Below, piece after piece: positions 38,052 to 50,491 of a stretch of DNA of 64,000 nucleotides. This DNA is from Macrostomum lignano. Lineage: Eukaryota. Position numbers and translations under genes: made by a program. The DNA lies in contig NIVC01000920.1 of NCBI GenBank assembly GCA_002269645.1, positions 1 through 64,000 of the forward strand, given 5' to 3'. Position 1 is the first letter of the stretch. Every line of letters starts with the position of its first letter. The notes below the pieces were generated by a model that did not search any database, had not been told where the DNA came from, and worked only from the letters and a program-made list of their open reading frames with translations.

Positions 38052-41000
38052 TCAATAATTGGCTGATGGTCGAAATCCGATAGAACTCTCGGTAAGTTGC
38101 GTTTGAATAGTCGCTGAAAGTTGTGGGTTACTTTATAAGTGCTGGATCCAGCAACCCACCCTCTATGATCCAGCAACCCACCCTCTATGATCCAGCAACC
38201 CACCCTCTATGATTCAGGAATCCACCCTCTGTGATTCAGGAACACAGCATGCATTCTAGATCTTCTAGGATCTAGGTAATACTTAGGATTCACAATGTAC
38301 ACATTGCTCTTGACACACTAAGAGCATATGCACCCGAATAGCAAGTAGCTCACTTGTCAGAGTAATCCGCCTGGTTTTTGTGGGTCTTGCGGAACAAATT
38401 TGCTAGCTTGAAGGCCAAAACCAGACAGGGCAGCATACAGATTAGGCACAGTCCCATGCCGGCCCAGAAACCGTTCAATGGCCGAAGAAGTTTCACGCAG
38501 GGTCCATCAATCAGACTCTTCAACTTCTGGTGCAGTTCAGCGCAGTTTGCCGCGGCACCGACCACCAGCTCGATTGTGTCCTGTAAAATTTGTCCATTGT
38601 CAAATGGAGTCTAATCATCTAATGGGGTGGTGGGTGCAATGGGGTGGTGGGTGCAATGGGGTGGTGGGTGCAATGGGTCGATGGGTGCAATGGGGTGGTG
38701 GGGCATTGGGTTGGTGGGTGCAATGGGGTGATGGGTGCAATGGGGTGGTGGGTGCAATGGGGTGATGGGTGCAATGGGGTGGTGGGTGCAATGGGGTGGT
38801 GGGTGCAATGGGGTGGTGGGTGCAATGGGGTGATGGGTGCAATGGGGTGGTGGGTGCAATGGGGTGGTGGGTGCAATGGGGTGGTGGGTGCAATGGGGTG
38901 ATGGGTGCAATGGGGTGGTGGGTGCAATGGGGTGATGGGTGCAATGGGGTGGTGGGTGCAATGGGGTGATGGGTGCAATGGGGTGGTGGGTGCAATGGGG
39001 TGATGGGTGCAATGGGGTGGTGGGTGCAATGGGGTGGTTGGTGCAATTGGGTTGAAGCCTTGAAGGGATGTATCCTAGGGACTTTGTTTTAACGAGATGA
39101 AATTCGGATAAAATGGCTTTTACCTGAACTTTAAACCCAAGCTGTGCAGTTAGATTAGCCATAGCCACTTTAATCGCAATCTCGATGTTGTACAAGGTGT
39201 GCACAGAGTTATGTGCATCGCGCAGTCTATTCGTGATTTCTGACACAGTTGCGTTAAGCTGACGGAGCGAGGTGCGCAGCCCGTCCAGGCTCATAAACTG
39301 CGACTGCTGCAACATCTCCGCCTGGCGCATGTTCAAGTTCAGGTAGTTGAACAGGGCCACAAATCTGGATAGAGATGAAGGGGTTGGTGGTAATTACGGA
39401 CTAATCGGCCTCACGGCCCTAGAACCCTTCATTGCCTCAGCACCCTCACTCCCCTAGCAACCTCACTCCCCCAGCACCCTTCATTGCCCCAGCACCCCTC
39501 ATTGCCCCACCATCCTCACACCGCCAGCACCCTCATTGCCCCAGTATCCCTCATTGCCCCAGCACCCTCACTCCCCCGGCACCCTTCATTGCCCCAGCAC
39601 CTCTCATTGCCCCAGCACAACTCATTGCCCCAGCACCCCTCATTGCCCCAGCACTCTCACTACCCCAGCACCCTTCATTGCCCCAGCACCCCTCATTGCC
39701 CCACCATCCTCACACCGCCAGCACCCTCATTGCCCCAGTATCCCTCATTGCCCCAGCACCCTCACTCCCCCGGCACCCTTCATTGCCCCAGCACCTCTCA
39801 TTGCCCCAGCACAACTCATTGCCCCAGCACCCCTCATTGCCCCAGCACTCTCACTACCCCAGCACCCTTCATTGCCCCAGCACCCCTCATTGCCCCAGCA
39901 CTCTCACTACCCCAGCACCCTTCATTGCCCCAGCACCCCTCATTGCCCCAGCACAACTCATTGCCCCAGCACCCCTCATTGCCCCAGCACCCCTCATTGC
40001 CCCAGCACCCCTCATTGCCCCAGCACCCCTCATTGCCCCAGCACCCCTCATTGCCCCAGTACCTCATTGCCTCAGCACCCCTCATTGCCCCAGCACCCCT
40101 CATTGCCCCAGCACCCCTCATTGCCCCAGCACCCCTCATTGCCCCAGTACCTCATTGCCTCAGCACTGCTCCAATTCCGCTTACCTGGCCTTGTCGGTGG
40201 CCTTAGAAGCCGTGATAGAGATATTTTGAATCGCAGCAAACACAGACTCGGAGCCTTCAATCAGCGGCTTGTGCAACTCGTTCAGGAAGGGTATCAGTGG
40301 CTGAGCAGCCGCAGCCGCAGACACGGATTCGGCGTGGGTGAAATTGAGATCTAAAGCCACCTTGGCAACTAGATCGGAACGCCGTTTCATCAGCAGGTCA
40401 TTGCTTTCATTAACGAAACCGTACACTCTTTGAGAAATGTGCCTTCCTTGAACCAGATTCTGAATGTTTAATGCAGCCGTGATGGACTCGTTGCCTTTGC
40501 TGCAGCCCTCAAGGAGGCCGCTGACCAGATTTAACGAATAGACGGACAGGTCAGGCGAAGAGAATCGCATAAACTGGTTGAGGTCGGAGTCCAGCTCCTT
40601 GTAGCCGCTGGCGCCCGCCCGACCAGTGAGGTAGCGACAGACCTCAGTGTCTGCGAGATGAGGGAGAGCGGAGTTTTGCCATTTACAATCCCATTCGTTA
40701 GTCCCAATTCACATTCAAGTGACTATTACGTCCACTTTCAGGCCCTGCATATTTAAATGCCTTTACAGATTCTTAAATATCCAAGATAACCACACAGATT
40801 GCCACCCAGATCCTCACCCAAATCCACACCCAGATCCCCACCCAAATCCACACCCAGATCCCCACCCAAATCCATACCCAGATCCCCACCCAGATCCCCA
40901 CCCAGATTCCCACCCAGATCCCACTCAGATCCCCACCCAGATCCCCACCCAGATTCCCATCCAGATTCCTACTCAGATCCCCACCCAGATCCCCACCCAG

Positions 41001-44000
41001 ATCCAGATCCCCACCCAGATCCCCACCCAGATCCCCACCTAGATCCCCACCGAGATCCCCACCCAGATCCCCACCCAGATCCCCACCCACATCCCCATCC
41101 ACATCCCCACTCAGATTCCAAACCCAAATCCCCACCCAGATCCACCCGAGCTGCCCAGACTCACCGCTGAGCCCCCCAGACAGGAACAGGGCCAAGGTGA
41201 CAATGAACAGCAGGGCGTAGCTGATGAAGCCGATGACGAGGCCTACAGTGAGGCAGTCGGCGCCAACTCCTTTGTTGCAGCAGCGGGCGTCCTCGTAAGG
41301 CGGCTCGCCGCACAGACCGTACATGACGCCGAAGTACCAGAGCACGATGACCACTGAGGCCAGACTGGCGATGGCTATGAATGATCCGTAGCGAATCAGG
41401 TCGAGGTGCGCGGCGGTCTCATCCAGACTGGAAGCCCTCTGGGTCACGGGGTTCACTACGGTGCTGTTCACTTTGTAGCTGTTGTTGAGTATGAATGAGT
41501 TTAAACTGCTGAACAGGTGCTCCACTGTGCCCCAGATCACCTGAAGCTCTGCACTGCTGTTCATTGACTTGACAACCGCGTTCGCATAGTCAGTTACCTG
41601 CGGGTGGAGCGGGCTTAACTCTATGCGTTGCACTCGACAACAACACAACAAAATGCACTGTCAATTAAGGTCTTAAGAAAAAAGGCTGAGCTACAAAATG
41701 ATCCTGTAGAATCCCTAGAATTTAGGCTCTTCATTTATTTTGCTGATAGTAGATTCCTCTCCAAGGTGAGTCTTTACAGTATGAGACCGTCTTTACGGCA
41801 AAATAGGTTGTAGCCCAGTGGTTAGAGCGTCGGACTCACGACTGAAAGGTCGAGGGTTCGATTCCCGACCCACTGGGAATATTTTGCATCCTTGAGCACG
41901 ACACTTAACTCTGCATTGCTTCAGCTCACCCAGCTGTAAAATGGGTGCCAGCAGGGGTTATTGTGGCGACCCCCCAGTCCTTGGACTGAACTGCCCATTG
42001 GGACAGGTGCAATCTAGATTGAATCTAGGTTAAATAAAGCGTTATGTGCAGACAAACGTTTGAATGGAATTCATTAATTGAATTCATTGAATTCCTCTCA
42101 CAATTTCGGTTCCAACTTTGCTGACATTATTCAAAGCCTCCCTGGCGCTGAGCAACTGCAGGGTCAGCTCGGTGTCGTTGACCTCTCTCATCAGCCCGTT
42201 CAGCTGGGTGACATTGAGCAGTCCGGTCTGGCTGTCATTCTGTGTCACCCGCAGTGTTGGCAGCCGGCTGCCAATCAGGTTGCAGTCGGCTTGGATGGCG
42301 TTGAACGGGCAGTCCAGCTCGATGCCGCTGAGATTCGAACGCAGCTCGCCCAGCATCAGGTTGAGATTGTTGAGATTGCCCGAGTAGTTGCTATGATGCC
42401 GCACGTAGCTCTCAGAATGCCTGTGCGCATCGCCGAGCAGCTGCATCGCTCGAAGAGCGTCAGCAAGCACCGCGTCAGCCTTACTGCTGCTGCCCAGAGT
42501 GTCCCGCAGGCTCACCATGGAGATGCCCACTGCGGGATAGATATCAGCTATAAGCGCGTTCACGGCCGAGAAGCTGTTGTTCCTGGCCCGCCTGGGCACT
42601 TCGGACAGCATGCCGGCCACGCCAGCCATGTGCAAGCTGAAGTTCGCCAGCATGGTCGGCTTCCCCCGGCTTGGGTCCATCTGCTCACGGACCAGCTCGT
42701 TCGAGATGAAGGCCAGCACCACTCCCAGCCTGCGGGACGGAGATGGTTGGCGACCGTGGTGTTTCGCTGTCTGCCCTCCGCTGTCTCCCCTCCGCTGTCT
42801 CCCCTCCGCTGTCTCCCCTCCGCTGTCTCCCCTCCACTGTCTGCCCTCCGCTGTCTCCCCTCCGCTGTCTCCCCTCCGCTGTCTCCCCTCCACTGTCTCC
42901 CCTCCGCTGTCTCCCCACCGCTGTCTCCCCTCCACTGTCTCCCCTCCGCTGTCTCCTTTCCGCTGTCTCCCCTCCGCTGTCTCCCCTCCGCTGTCTCCCC
43001 TCCGCTGTCTCCCCTCCGCTGTCTCCCCTCCGCTGTCTCCCCTCCGCTGTCTCCCCTCCACTGTCTCCCCTCCGCTGTCTCCCCTCCGCTGTCTCCCCTC
43101 CACTGTCTCCTTTCCGCTGTCTCCCCTCCGCTGTCTCCCCTCCGCTGTCTCCCCTCCACTGTCTCCCCTCCACTGTCTGCCCTCCGCTGTCTCCCCTCCG
43201 CTGTCTGCCCTCCGCTGTCTCCCCTCCGCTGTCTCCCCTCCACTGTCTCCCCTCCACTGTCTGCCCTCCACTGTCTCCCCTCCGCTGTCTCCCCTCCACT
43301 GTCTGCCCTCCGCTGTCTCCCCTCCGCTGTCTGCCCTCCGCTGTCTCCCCTCCACTGTCTGCCCTCCACTGTCTGCCCTCCACTGTCTCCCCTCCACTGT
43401 CTCCCCTCCACTGTCTGCCCTCCGCTGTCTCCCCTCCGCTGTCTCCCCTCCGCTGTCTCCCCTCCACTGTCTCCCCTCCGCTGTCTCCCCTCCACTGTCT
43501 GCCCTCCGCTGTCTCCCCTCCGCTGTCTGCCCTCCACTGTCTGCCCTCAACTGTCTGCCCTCCACTGTCTCCCCTCCGCTGTCTCCCCTCCACTGTCTGC
43601 CCTCCGCTGTCTCCCCTCCACTGTCTGCCCTCCGCTGTCTCCCCTCCGCTGTCTCCCCTCCGCTGTCTCCCCTCCGCTGTCTGCCCTCCACTGTCTGCCC
43701 TCCACTGTCTGCCCTCCGCTGTCTCCCCTCCACTGTCTGCCCTCCGCTGTCTGCCCTCCGCTGTCTCCCCTCCGCTGTCTCCCCTCCGCTGTCTGCCCTC
43801 CGCTGTCTCCCCTCCACTGTCTGCCCTCCACTGTCTCCCCTCCGCTGTCTGTCCTCCACTGTCTGCCTTCCGCTGTCTCCCCTCCGCTGTCTCCCCTCCG
43901 CTGTCTCCCCTCCGCTGTCTCCCCTCCACTGTCTGCCCTCCGCTGTCTCCCCTCCGCTGTCTCCCCTCCACTGTCTGCCCTCCGCTGTCTCCCCTCCACT

Positions 44001-47000
44001 GTCTGCCCTCCACTGTCTCCCCTCCACTGTCTGCCCTCCACTGTCTCCCCTCCACTGTCTGCCCTCCACTGTCTCCCCTCCACTGTCTGCCCTCCGCTGT
44101 CTCCCCTCCACTGTCTCCCCTCCGCTGTCTGCCCTCCGCTGTCTCCCCTCCGCTGTCTCCCCTCCACTGTCTCCCCTCCGCTGTCTGCCCTCCACTGTCT
44201 CCCCTCCGCTGTCTCCCCTCCACTGTCTCCCCTCCACTGTCTCCCCTCCGCTGTCTGCCCTCCACTGTCTCCCCTCCGCTGTCTGCCCTCAACTGTCTGC
44301 CCTCCACTGTCTGCCCTCAACTGTCTGCCCTCCACTGTCTGCCCTCCACTGTCTGCCCTAAGCTAAGAGGAATCTGGAAAATTTCCAAGCCAGTCATGCT
44401 GGACAGTTCCATAAAGTTTAATTATAACATAAAATTTATCAGAGCCACACTCTAAAGTGAAAATCGTGGTTCAGTTTAATCATATCTGATAGATCTTACA
44501 GTGTCAGTATAAACCCTTAGCCTTTTCTAGAAACGAGAGGTAGCAGTTTAGCGAACTTCATCTGCTGTTGCACCTGACAAATAAAATTTTACAACATTTT
44601 TGAATCGTCAATTTACTATGAAATTTACTTGTTAAATTGCTGCAACTTAAGTTTTCACTGCAGGTTTGTTTACTGCTTTGCTTTGCAGATTGCAGAAGAA
44701 TTTCAATACGACTTTACTCTGGCCGTAGCTATTTGGCTATTGAAACAGGCCAGTAGTATTTGCCAGAATGTTCCATATCCCAGTCTGACCCTTCCATATC
44801 CCAGTCTGACCCTTCCATATCCCAGTCTGACCCTTCCATATCCCAGTCTGACCCTTCCATATCCCAGTTTGACCCTTCCATATCCCAGTCTGACCCTTCC
44901 ATATCCCAGTCTGACCCTTCCATATCCCAGTCTGACCCTTCCATATCCCAGTCTGACCCTTCCATATCCCAGTCTGACCCTTCCATATCCCAGTTTGACC
45001 CTTCCATATCCCAGTCTGACCCTTCCATATCCCAGTCTGACCCTTCCATATCCCAGTTTGACCCTTCCATATCCCAGTCTGACCCTTCCATATCCCAGTC
45101 TGACCCTTCCATATCCCAGTCTGACCCTTCCATATCCCAGTCTGAGCCTTCCATATCCCAGTCTGACCCTTCCATATCCCAGTCTGACCCTTCCATATCC
45201 CAATTTGACCCATCCACACCACAACATGACCCGTTCTCATGCCAGCCTGAACCACTCCAGACAAAATCCCGGCACTCACACCATGGCGGTGGTGAGCACA
45301 ATGAGCAGCACACCGTAGAGCACTCTGCGCCAATCCGAGCCTCGCTTCTCCATCTGACTGCCTTTTCCGCCGCAGCTCTTGCAGCAGCAGCGGCAGCAGC
45401 ACGTGATTAGACCGGCCAGGGGAACGAAAATGATTAAGAATAGGCCGATGCAGACTAGAATGAAGTAGCCCTTCATGCTCTCCCAGTAGCGGCTGATTAT
45501 CTGCGGTGTGAGGAGCAAAAACGGGAAATTGTGCCATAGACATTGAGGGTGAGGGGACGAGATTGAGGGGCTGAGAGATGAGAGGTTAAGGGGTGAGGGG
45601 ACCGGGTTAAGGGGGGGAAGAGTGAAGGGTGAGGGGTTGAGGGGTGAGAGGTTGAGGGGTGAGAGGTTGAGGGGTGAGGGGTTAAGGGGTGAGGGAGGGG
45701 TGAGGGGTTGAGGGGTGAGAGGTTGAGGGGTGAGAGGTTGAGGGGTGAGGGGTTGAGGGGTGAGGGGTTGAGGGGTTAGGGAGAGGTGAGGGGTTGAGGG
45801 GTGAGAGGTTGAGGGGTGAGGGGTTGAGGGGTGAGGGGTTGAGGGGCGAGGAAGTACATTGAGTATCTAACATAATTAATAATAATGTCATAAATTAGTG
45901 TAGAACCCAGCCTAGATGAGAGAATAGAGAGAAAGTCCTAAGCCGGGGTTGAGGGGTGAGGGGTTGAAGGGCGAGGGGTTGAGGGGTTGGGGGGTTGAGG
46001 GGTGAGGGGTTGAGGGGTGAGGGGTTGAGGGGCGAGGGGTTGAGGGGTTGAGGGGTGAGGGGTGAGGGGTTGAGGGGTTGAGGGGTGAGGGGTTGAGGGG
46101 TGAGGGAGGGGTGAGGGGTTAAGGGTGAGAGGTTGAGGGGTGAAGGTTTGAGGGGTGGGGGTTGAGAGGTGAGAGGTTGGGGGTGAAGGGTTTAGGGTTG
46201 AGGGGTTTAGGGTTGAGGGGTTGAGGGGTGAGGGGTTGAGGGGTGAGAGGTTAAGAGGTGAGGGGTTGAGGGGTGAGAGGTTGAGAGGTGAGGGGTTGAG
46301 AGGGGAGAAGGGGTGAAGGGACGTGGTTGAGGTGCTGGGGGTGAGGAGTTGAGGGGTGAGGGGACATGGTAAAGAGTTGAATGGATTAGGTTCAGGGGGT
46401 GAGGGGACGGGGTTGAGAAGCTGAGGTTGAAACTGGACCGAAGTTCAAAGAGACGGGGCATTCCATTTGGCTGATTTGGACGCCTGCCAATATTTGGCAT
46501 GAACGCTATACTTCTGGGTATAAAAAACTCTCAGCACAAAAATCAAGGCGATTCAGCACGAAACAAAAACAAACAATTAATAGCATTTGTTCGACTTCCG
46601 GTTAGCAGGGAAATTTTTTTAATCGTTGCGGCTCAGTGAAAACGCTGGACCGCATTTCCCTTGCAGTTTCTGTTGCGCCGCTTCCTGCCAGTTCTCCAGA
46701 TCAGCATGCCCTCCCAAAAAAACCCTCAGTGCTGAGTGAACTCACCTTCTGCCAATTATAACTGGGCGGGCTGCTGCTGCTGTTGCTGCTTTTGACAGTA
46801 TCATCTGAAATGAGCAGCAGAGCGAAACACAAAAGTTGAAGCGATGAATTCGGGCTTCAGCAGGCGTTGCACTAGGAATGAAAGCCAGTTTTGTACTGAA
46901 CTTTCTGCTTTCTGCTATACAGGATAAGAATGTATAGATCGATGTGTCAGACTGGAATGTGAATGCGTCAGAATAGGAATGTATAGATGTGTCAGACTGG

Positions 47001-47849
47001 AATGTGAATGCGTCAGAATAGGAATGTATAGATCGATGTGTCAGACTGGAATGTGAATGCGTCAGAATAGGAATGTATAGATGTGTCAGACTGGAATGTG
47101 AATGCGTCAGAATAGGAATGTATAGATGTGTCAGACTGGAATGTGAATGCGTCAGAATAGGAATGTATAGATCGATGTGTCAGACTGGAATGTGAATGCG
47201 TCAGAATAGGAATGTATAGATCGATGTGTCAGACTGGAATGTGAATGCGTCAGAATAGGAATGTATAGATCGATGTGTCAGACTGGAATGTGAATGCGTC
47301 AGAATAGGAATGTATAGATGTGTCAGACTGGAATGTGAATGCGTCAGAATAGGAATGTATAGATCGATGTGTCAGACTGGAATGTGAATGCGTCAGAATA
47401 GGAATGTATAGATCGATGTGTCAGACTGGAATGTGAATGCGTCAGAATAGGAATGTATAGATGTGTCAGACTGGAATGTGAATGCGTCAGAATAGGAATG
47501 TAGATTTGTCAGACTATTTAGACAATTCAGGTTAGAATGTTGGATGTGTTAGAATGGGGTGTGGATGTGTCACCCTGGGATGTGGATGTGTCACACTGTG
47601 ATGTGGATGTGTCACACTGGGATGTGGATGTGTCACCCTGGGATGTGGATGTAACTTACTAAACAAGGCTGTGAAAATATCAGTAACTAGCGCAGACTCC
47701 TCGAATGGCTGGATGAAGTCCAAGAATTTCTCAGTGACTTCGTAGAACGGCTGCACGGAGTCTGACAGGCTGTCCGCAGACGCTGTGCCAGTCCAGGCTG
47801 CGATGCAGACAGCAGCTGCCAGCGCCAGAGTCACCGATGATGGCGCCAT
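38052..47849 (-). CDS. PROM: Prominin (CD133-family pentaspan membrane protein), complete, 9 exons, ~847 aa
   Basis: Exons: 47660-47849, 46746-46804, 45280-45500, 42102-42729, 41165-41597, 40185-40650, 39124-39364, 38354-38580, 38052-38130 (sum 2544 nt, phases consistent). Signal peptide; TM1 with CCCRCCC cytoplasmic Cys cluster; GLCG..RCCNKGVGADCL; PLNGFWAGMG..LAFKLANLFRK. Last exon is least certain. Confidence 0.88.
38622..39050. repeat. 17-bp minisatellite (GGGTGCAATGGGGTGGT)n, prominin intron 7
   Basis: About 25 copies; a separate 22-bp x4 repeat lies in intron 8 (38145-38240). Confidence 0.92.
39430..40165. repeat. 18-bp minisatellite (CCCCAGCACCCCTCATTG)n, prominin intron 6
   Basis: Tandem degenerate copies. 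Confidence 0.92.
40800..41146. repeat. 12-bp minisatellite (CCCAGATCCCCA)n, prominin intron 5
   Basis: Tandem copies ending ~18 nt from the donor. Confidence 0.9.
41767..41799 (-). ncRNA. Spliced-leader-like sequence (SL variant, pseudogene or retro-fragment)
   Basis: Minus strand GCCGTAAAGACGGTCTCATACTGTAAAGACTCA matches at 30/33 positions the Macrostomum SL as I recall it (GCCGTAAAGACGGTCTCTTACTGCGAAGACTCAATTTATTGCATG; needs database confirmation). The terminal ATG|GT donor is absent. Confidence 0.55.
41804..42095 (+). mobile_element. tRNA-derived SINE with CORE-like domain and L2-like tail, antisense in prominin intron 4
   Basis: A box TAGCCCAGTGG, B box GGTTCGATTCC; ccttgagcacgacacttaac..cagctgtaaaatggg resembles the MIR/CORE domain; aataaa then a tgaatt-type tail. 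Confidence 0.8.
42768..44358. repeat. 14-bp minisatellite (CTGTCTCCCCTCCG variants), ~113 copies, prominin intron 3
   Basis: Source of the EGRQRRGDSGGETA / LPSAVSPPLSPLRC ORFs. Confidence 0.95.
44772..45215. repeat. 21-bp minisatellite (CCATATCCCAGTCTGACCCTT)n, prominin intron 3
   Basis: About 21 copies. Confidence 0.95.
45545..46370. repeat. G-rich (GAGGGGT/GAGGGGTT)n low-complexity repeat, prominin intron 2
   Basis: Two blocks, 45545-45850 and 45945-46370. Confidence 0.9.
46935..47650. repeat. 45/49-bp minisatellite plus short 21-bp repeat, prominin intron 1
   Basis: gatgtgtcagactggaatgtgaatgcgtcagaataggaatgtata +/- gatc, about 12 copies; ggatgtggatgtgtcacactg x4 at 47570-47650. Confidence 0.9.
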
Positions 47850-49361
47850 CTCAATCCTGAACTCGGTCGGATGAGAGTGGAGACTGGATTATAAAGCTTT
47901 CTATATGCTTTTCCTATTTATATCAGCCGGAGGAGAGCGCTGTGACTCAGTAAAATAAATGCTGCAATGCTCTCTTGTATGCAATAGGGCGCGGTCAAAC
48001 TTGGCTGAAAGTTTTTAACTATACAAGCGTATAATGGCCAGTCCTGTGACTGCAGCTGCACTGTGCATCTGCACTGTGTGTGTGTATCTTTCCGGCGCTT
48101 TTTCCGGCTTGCTCAGTGTACACCCTACTTATAATACAGCGTGCTGTGTAGATGCTATGTGCAAAGAATATCTGTCTAAACAACAGATGCTAAACACACT
48201 CTGGGGGCTGAAGAGTTTGCTTCTTCTTCCACACTCGTCTTCTCTAAGCTCAGCTTTTGTCATTTCTAGCAAGCTGAAGCTGCTTTGGTCGCTTCGGCCG
48301 TACGCGTGTTTTAGTTGATAGAGAGAGAGCTGGCCTTCTAAAAATAAAAATTTCGAATTTCTATTTCTGTATGTCACACTTTTTTGTTTTCGAGAAATCC
48401 GGAATTTCTGTGTCTCGTGTTGCTACCGCAAACAATTAATTCAAGATTCCCGTTGCATGCAAAGCAAATTTTGTACAATTTGTAGTACAGAGCTCAATAT
48501 ATACATTCGATGAACGAGGATGATTTTAAATACGACAGCTACTCGTATATGATTGATTAAAATTCAGTGCGCTCGTATATACGAGTATTGAATTCACGAC
48601 ACAATCGTAACTACAAAAAAGTTAAAATTCCATAGCTAGAAATCTATAGCTAAATCAACATTTAATGAACCATAGGATCGTTCTACCTATCAATATAGTA
48701 CATTTGAAATTGCAGATGTAAATGTACAGTATACGTGTACAGGTGAAAAATACCAATTTAGAGTAAAAGTCTGAAATGCATTCTAAATGAAATACAAAAA
48801 CCAGTAACTAGCGCACTAAATAGTCCATTTTTCTAAGTTCAAAGCAAGAGTGCAAAATTAATTTAACGACAACTGATTTTTTGGCAACTTATATGTACAT
48901 TACTAACATTTTACCATTGTAATTGTATACAGCGATGTCGGAACATATTTCATAGTGGGGGGGCCATTGGTGGGAGGGCACATTGCACATGATTTTTTAA
49001 ATCTACCTAACTCCTGCTGTTAGGCCAGTTTGTGACATTAATTGTGACAACCAGGCCAATATTCAATTCTGTGTTGGAAGTGGCCAAAAGTCTGAAAAAT
49101 GTTCGAATTTTCAACTAATTCAAACATTGCGCAACTGCACTGCACTATCAATTTATTTAGTAAATATCTCAAATGAATGAAAATTCTGGATCTCTTGGCT
49201 TGCCTCCTTCAGTTCCTCTCGGCGCTGTCTCTTTATTCTTTTATCTGACGGCATTTTAATGCTTTTAGTTGCAGCGCCAGCAGCGGTTTAAGTCTTGGGC
49301 CATTGCGGCCGACTCGGAATTTCGATCAGAGACGCCAAAGTAAAAGAACTAACTACTAAAA

Positions 49362-50379
49362 CAGGGGTTGGCAATCTCAGGCCTGAGGGCCAAATGTGGC
49401 CCGCAAAGCCTCTCTATCAGGCCCTTGGGTCCTTTGAATCTTCACAATAGCGATCCGGCCCGCTCGGTGTTTGTGTCTCTTCTCAGCTCTCTTCCCTCAC
49501 CTCTCTGATCTTCTCATATTCTCCTGTCCTCTCCTCTCCTCTCCTCTCCTCTCCTCTCCTCTCCTCTCCTCTCCTCTCCTCTCTTCTCCTCTCCTCTCCT
49601 CTCCTCTCCTCTCCTCTCCTCTCCTCTCCTCTCCTCTCCTCTCCTCTCCTCTCCTCTCCTCTACTCTCCTCTCCTCTCCTCTCCTCTCCTCTCTTCTCCT
49701 CTCCTCTCCTCTCTCTCTTCTCCTCTCCTCTCCTCTCCTCTCTCTCTTCTCCTCTCCTCTCCTCTCTCTCTTCTCCTCTCCTCTCCTCTCCTCTCTCTCT
49801 TCTCCTCTCCTCTCCTCTCCTCTCTTCTCCTCTCCTCTCCTCTCCTCTCTTCTCGTCTCCTCTCCTCTCATCTCTTCTCCTCTCTTCTCCTCGCCTCTCC
49901 TCTCTTCTCCTCTCCTCTCCTCTCCTCTCCTCTCCTCTCCTCTCTTCTCCTCTCCTCTCCTATCCTCTCCTCTCCTATCCTCTCCTCACCTCTCTCCTTT
50001 CCTCTCATCTCCCCACCTCTCTCCTCTCATCTCATCTCCCGTTTCCTCTCCATTCTCTTCTCCCTTCCCTTCTCTCTCCTCTCCTTATCTCCTCTCTCTT
50101 ATATTTCGACTCTCCTCTCCTCATTCATCTCCCCTCTCCACTCTCCTCTCCTATTTTATCTCTTCTCGTCTACTCTCTTCTCCTTTATTCCTTCGCCTCT
50201 CCTTCCTCCTGCGCTCGTATTCCTCTTCTCCATTCCCTATCCTCTCTCCCTATAGCCCGCAGTCACCAGGGACTCCTGGGCGCGCGTTTCGCTTAGGGAG
50301 CCCAGCGAAGCGGACCCAGAAGGGCAGTCATGCGCTGTTCTCAATCTGGCCCTTGAGGTAAAAAGTTTGCTGACCCCTG
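49362..50379. mobile_element. hAT (Charlie/MER58-like) MITE with an internal (CTCTC)n expansion
   Basis: TIRs CAGGGGTTGGCAA / TTGCTGACCCCTG; identical 8-bp TSD TACTAAAA at 49354-49361 and 50380-50387; subterminal GGCCCG-type motifs; microsatellite at ~49510-50250. Confidence 0.9.
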
Positions 50380-50491
50380 TACTAAAAGCAGCCGGGGCTG
50401 TTGCCCCCAGGACCCCGGGTCCTGCACGCAATGGCGTGGTGAACTATCTGTGCAGTATAAGACTGGTATGGCCCTTATCCCAGCCAGCGAT

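Noticed and set aside
44629-44760. Unique island between repeats as an extra prominin exon
   Set aside because: Exons 3 and 4 already join in phase (..TTAMV-LGVVLAF..), and the candidate frame hits a stop.
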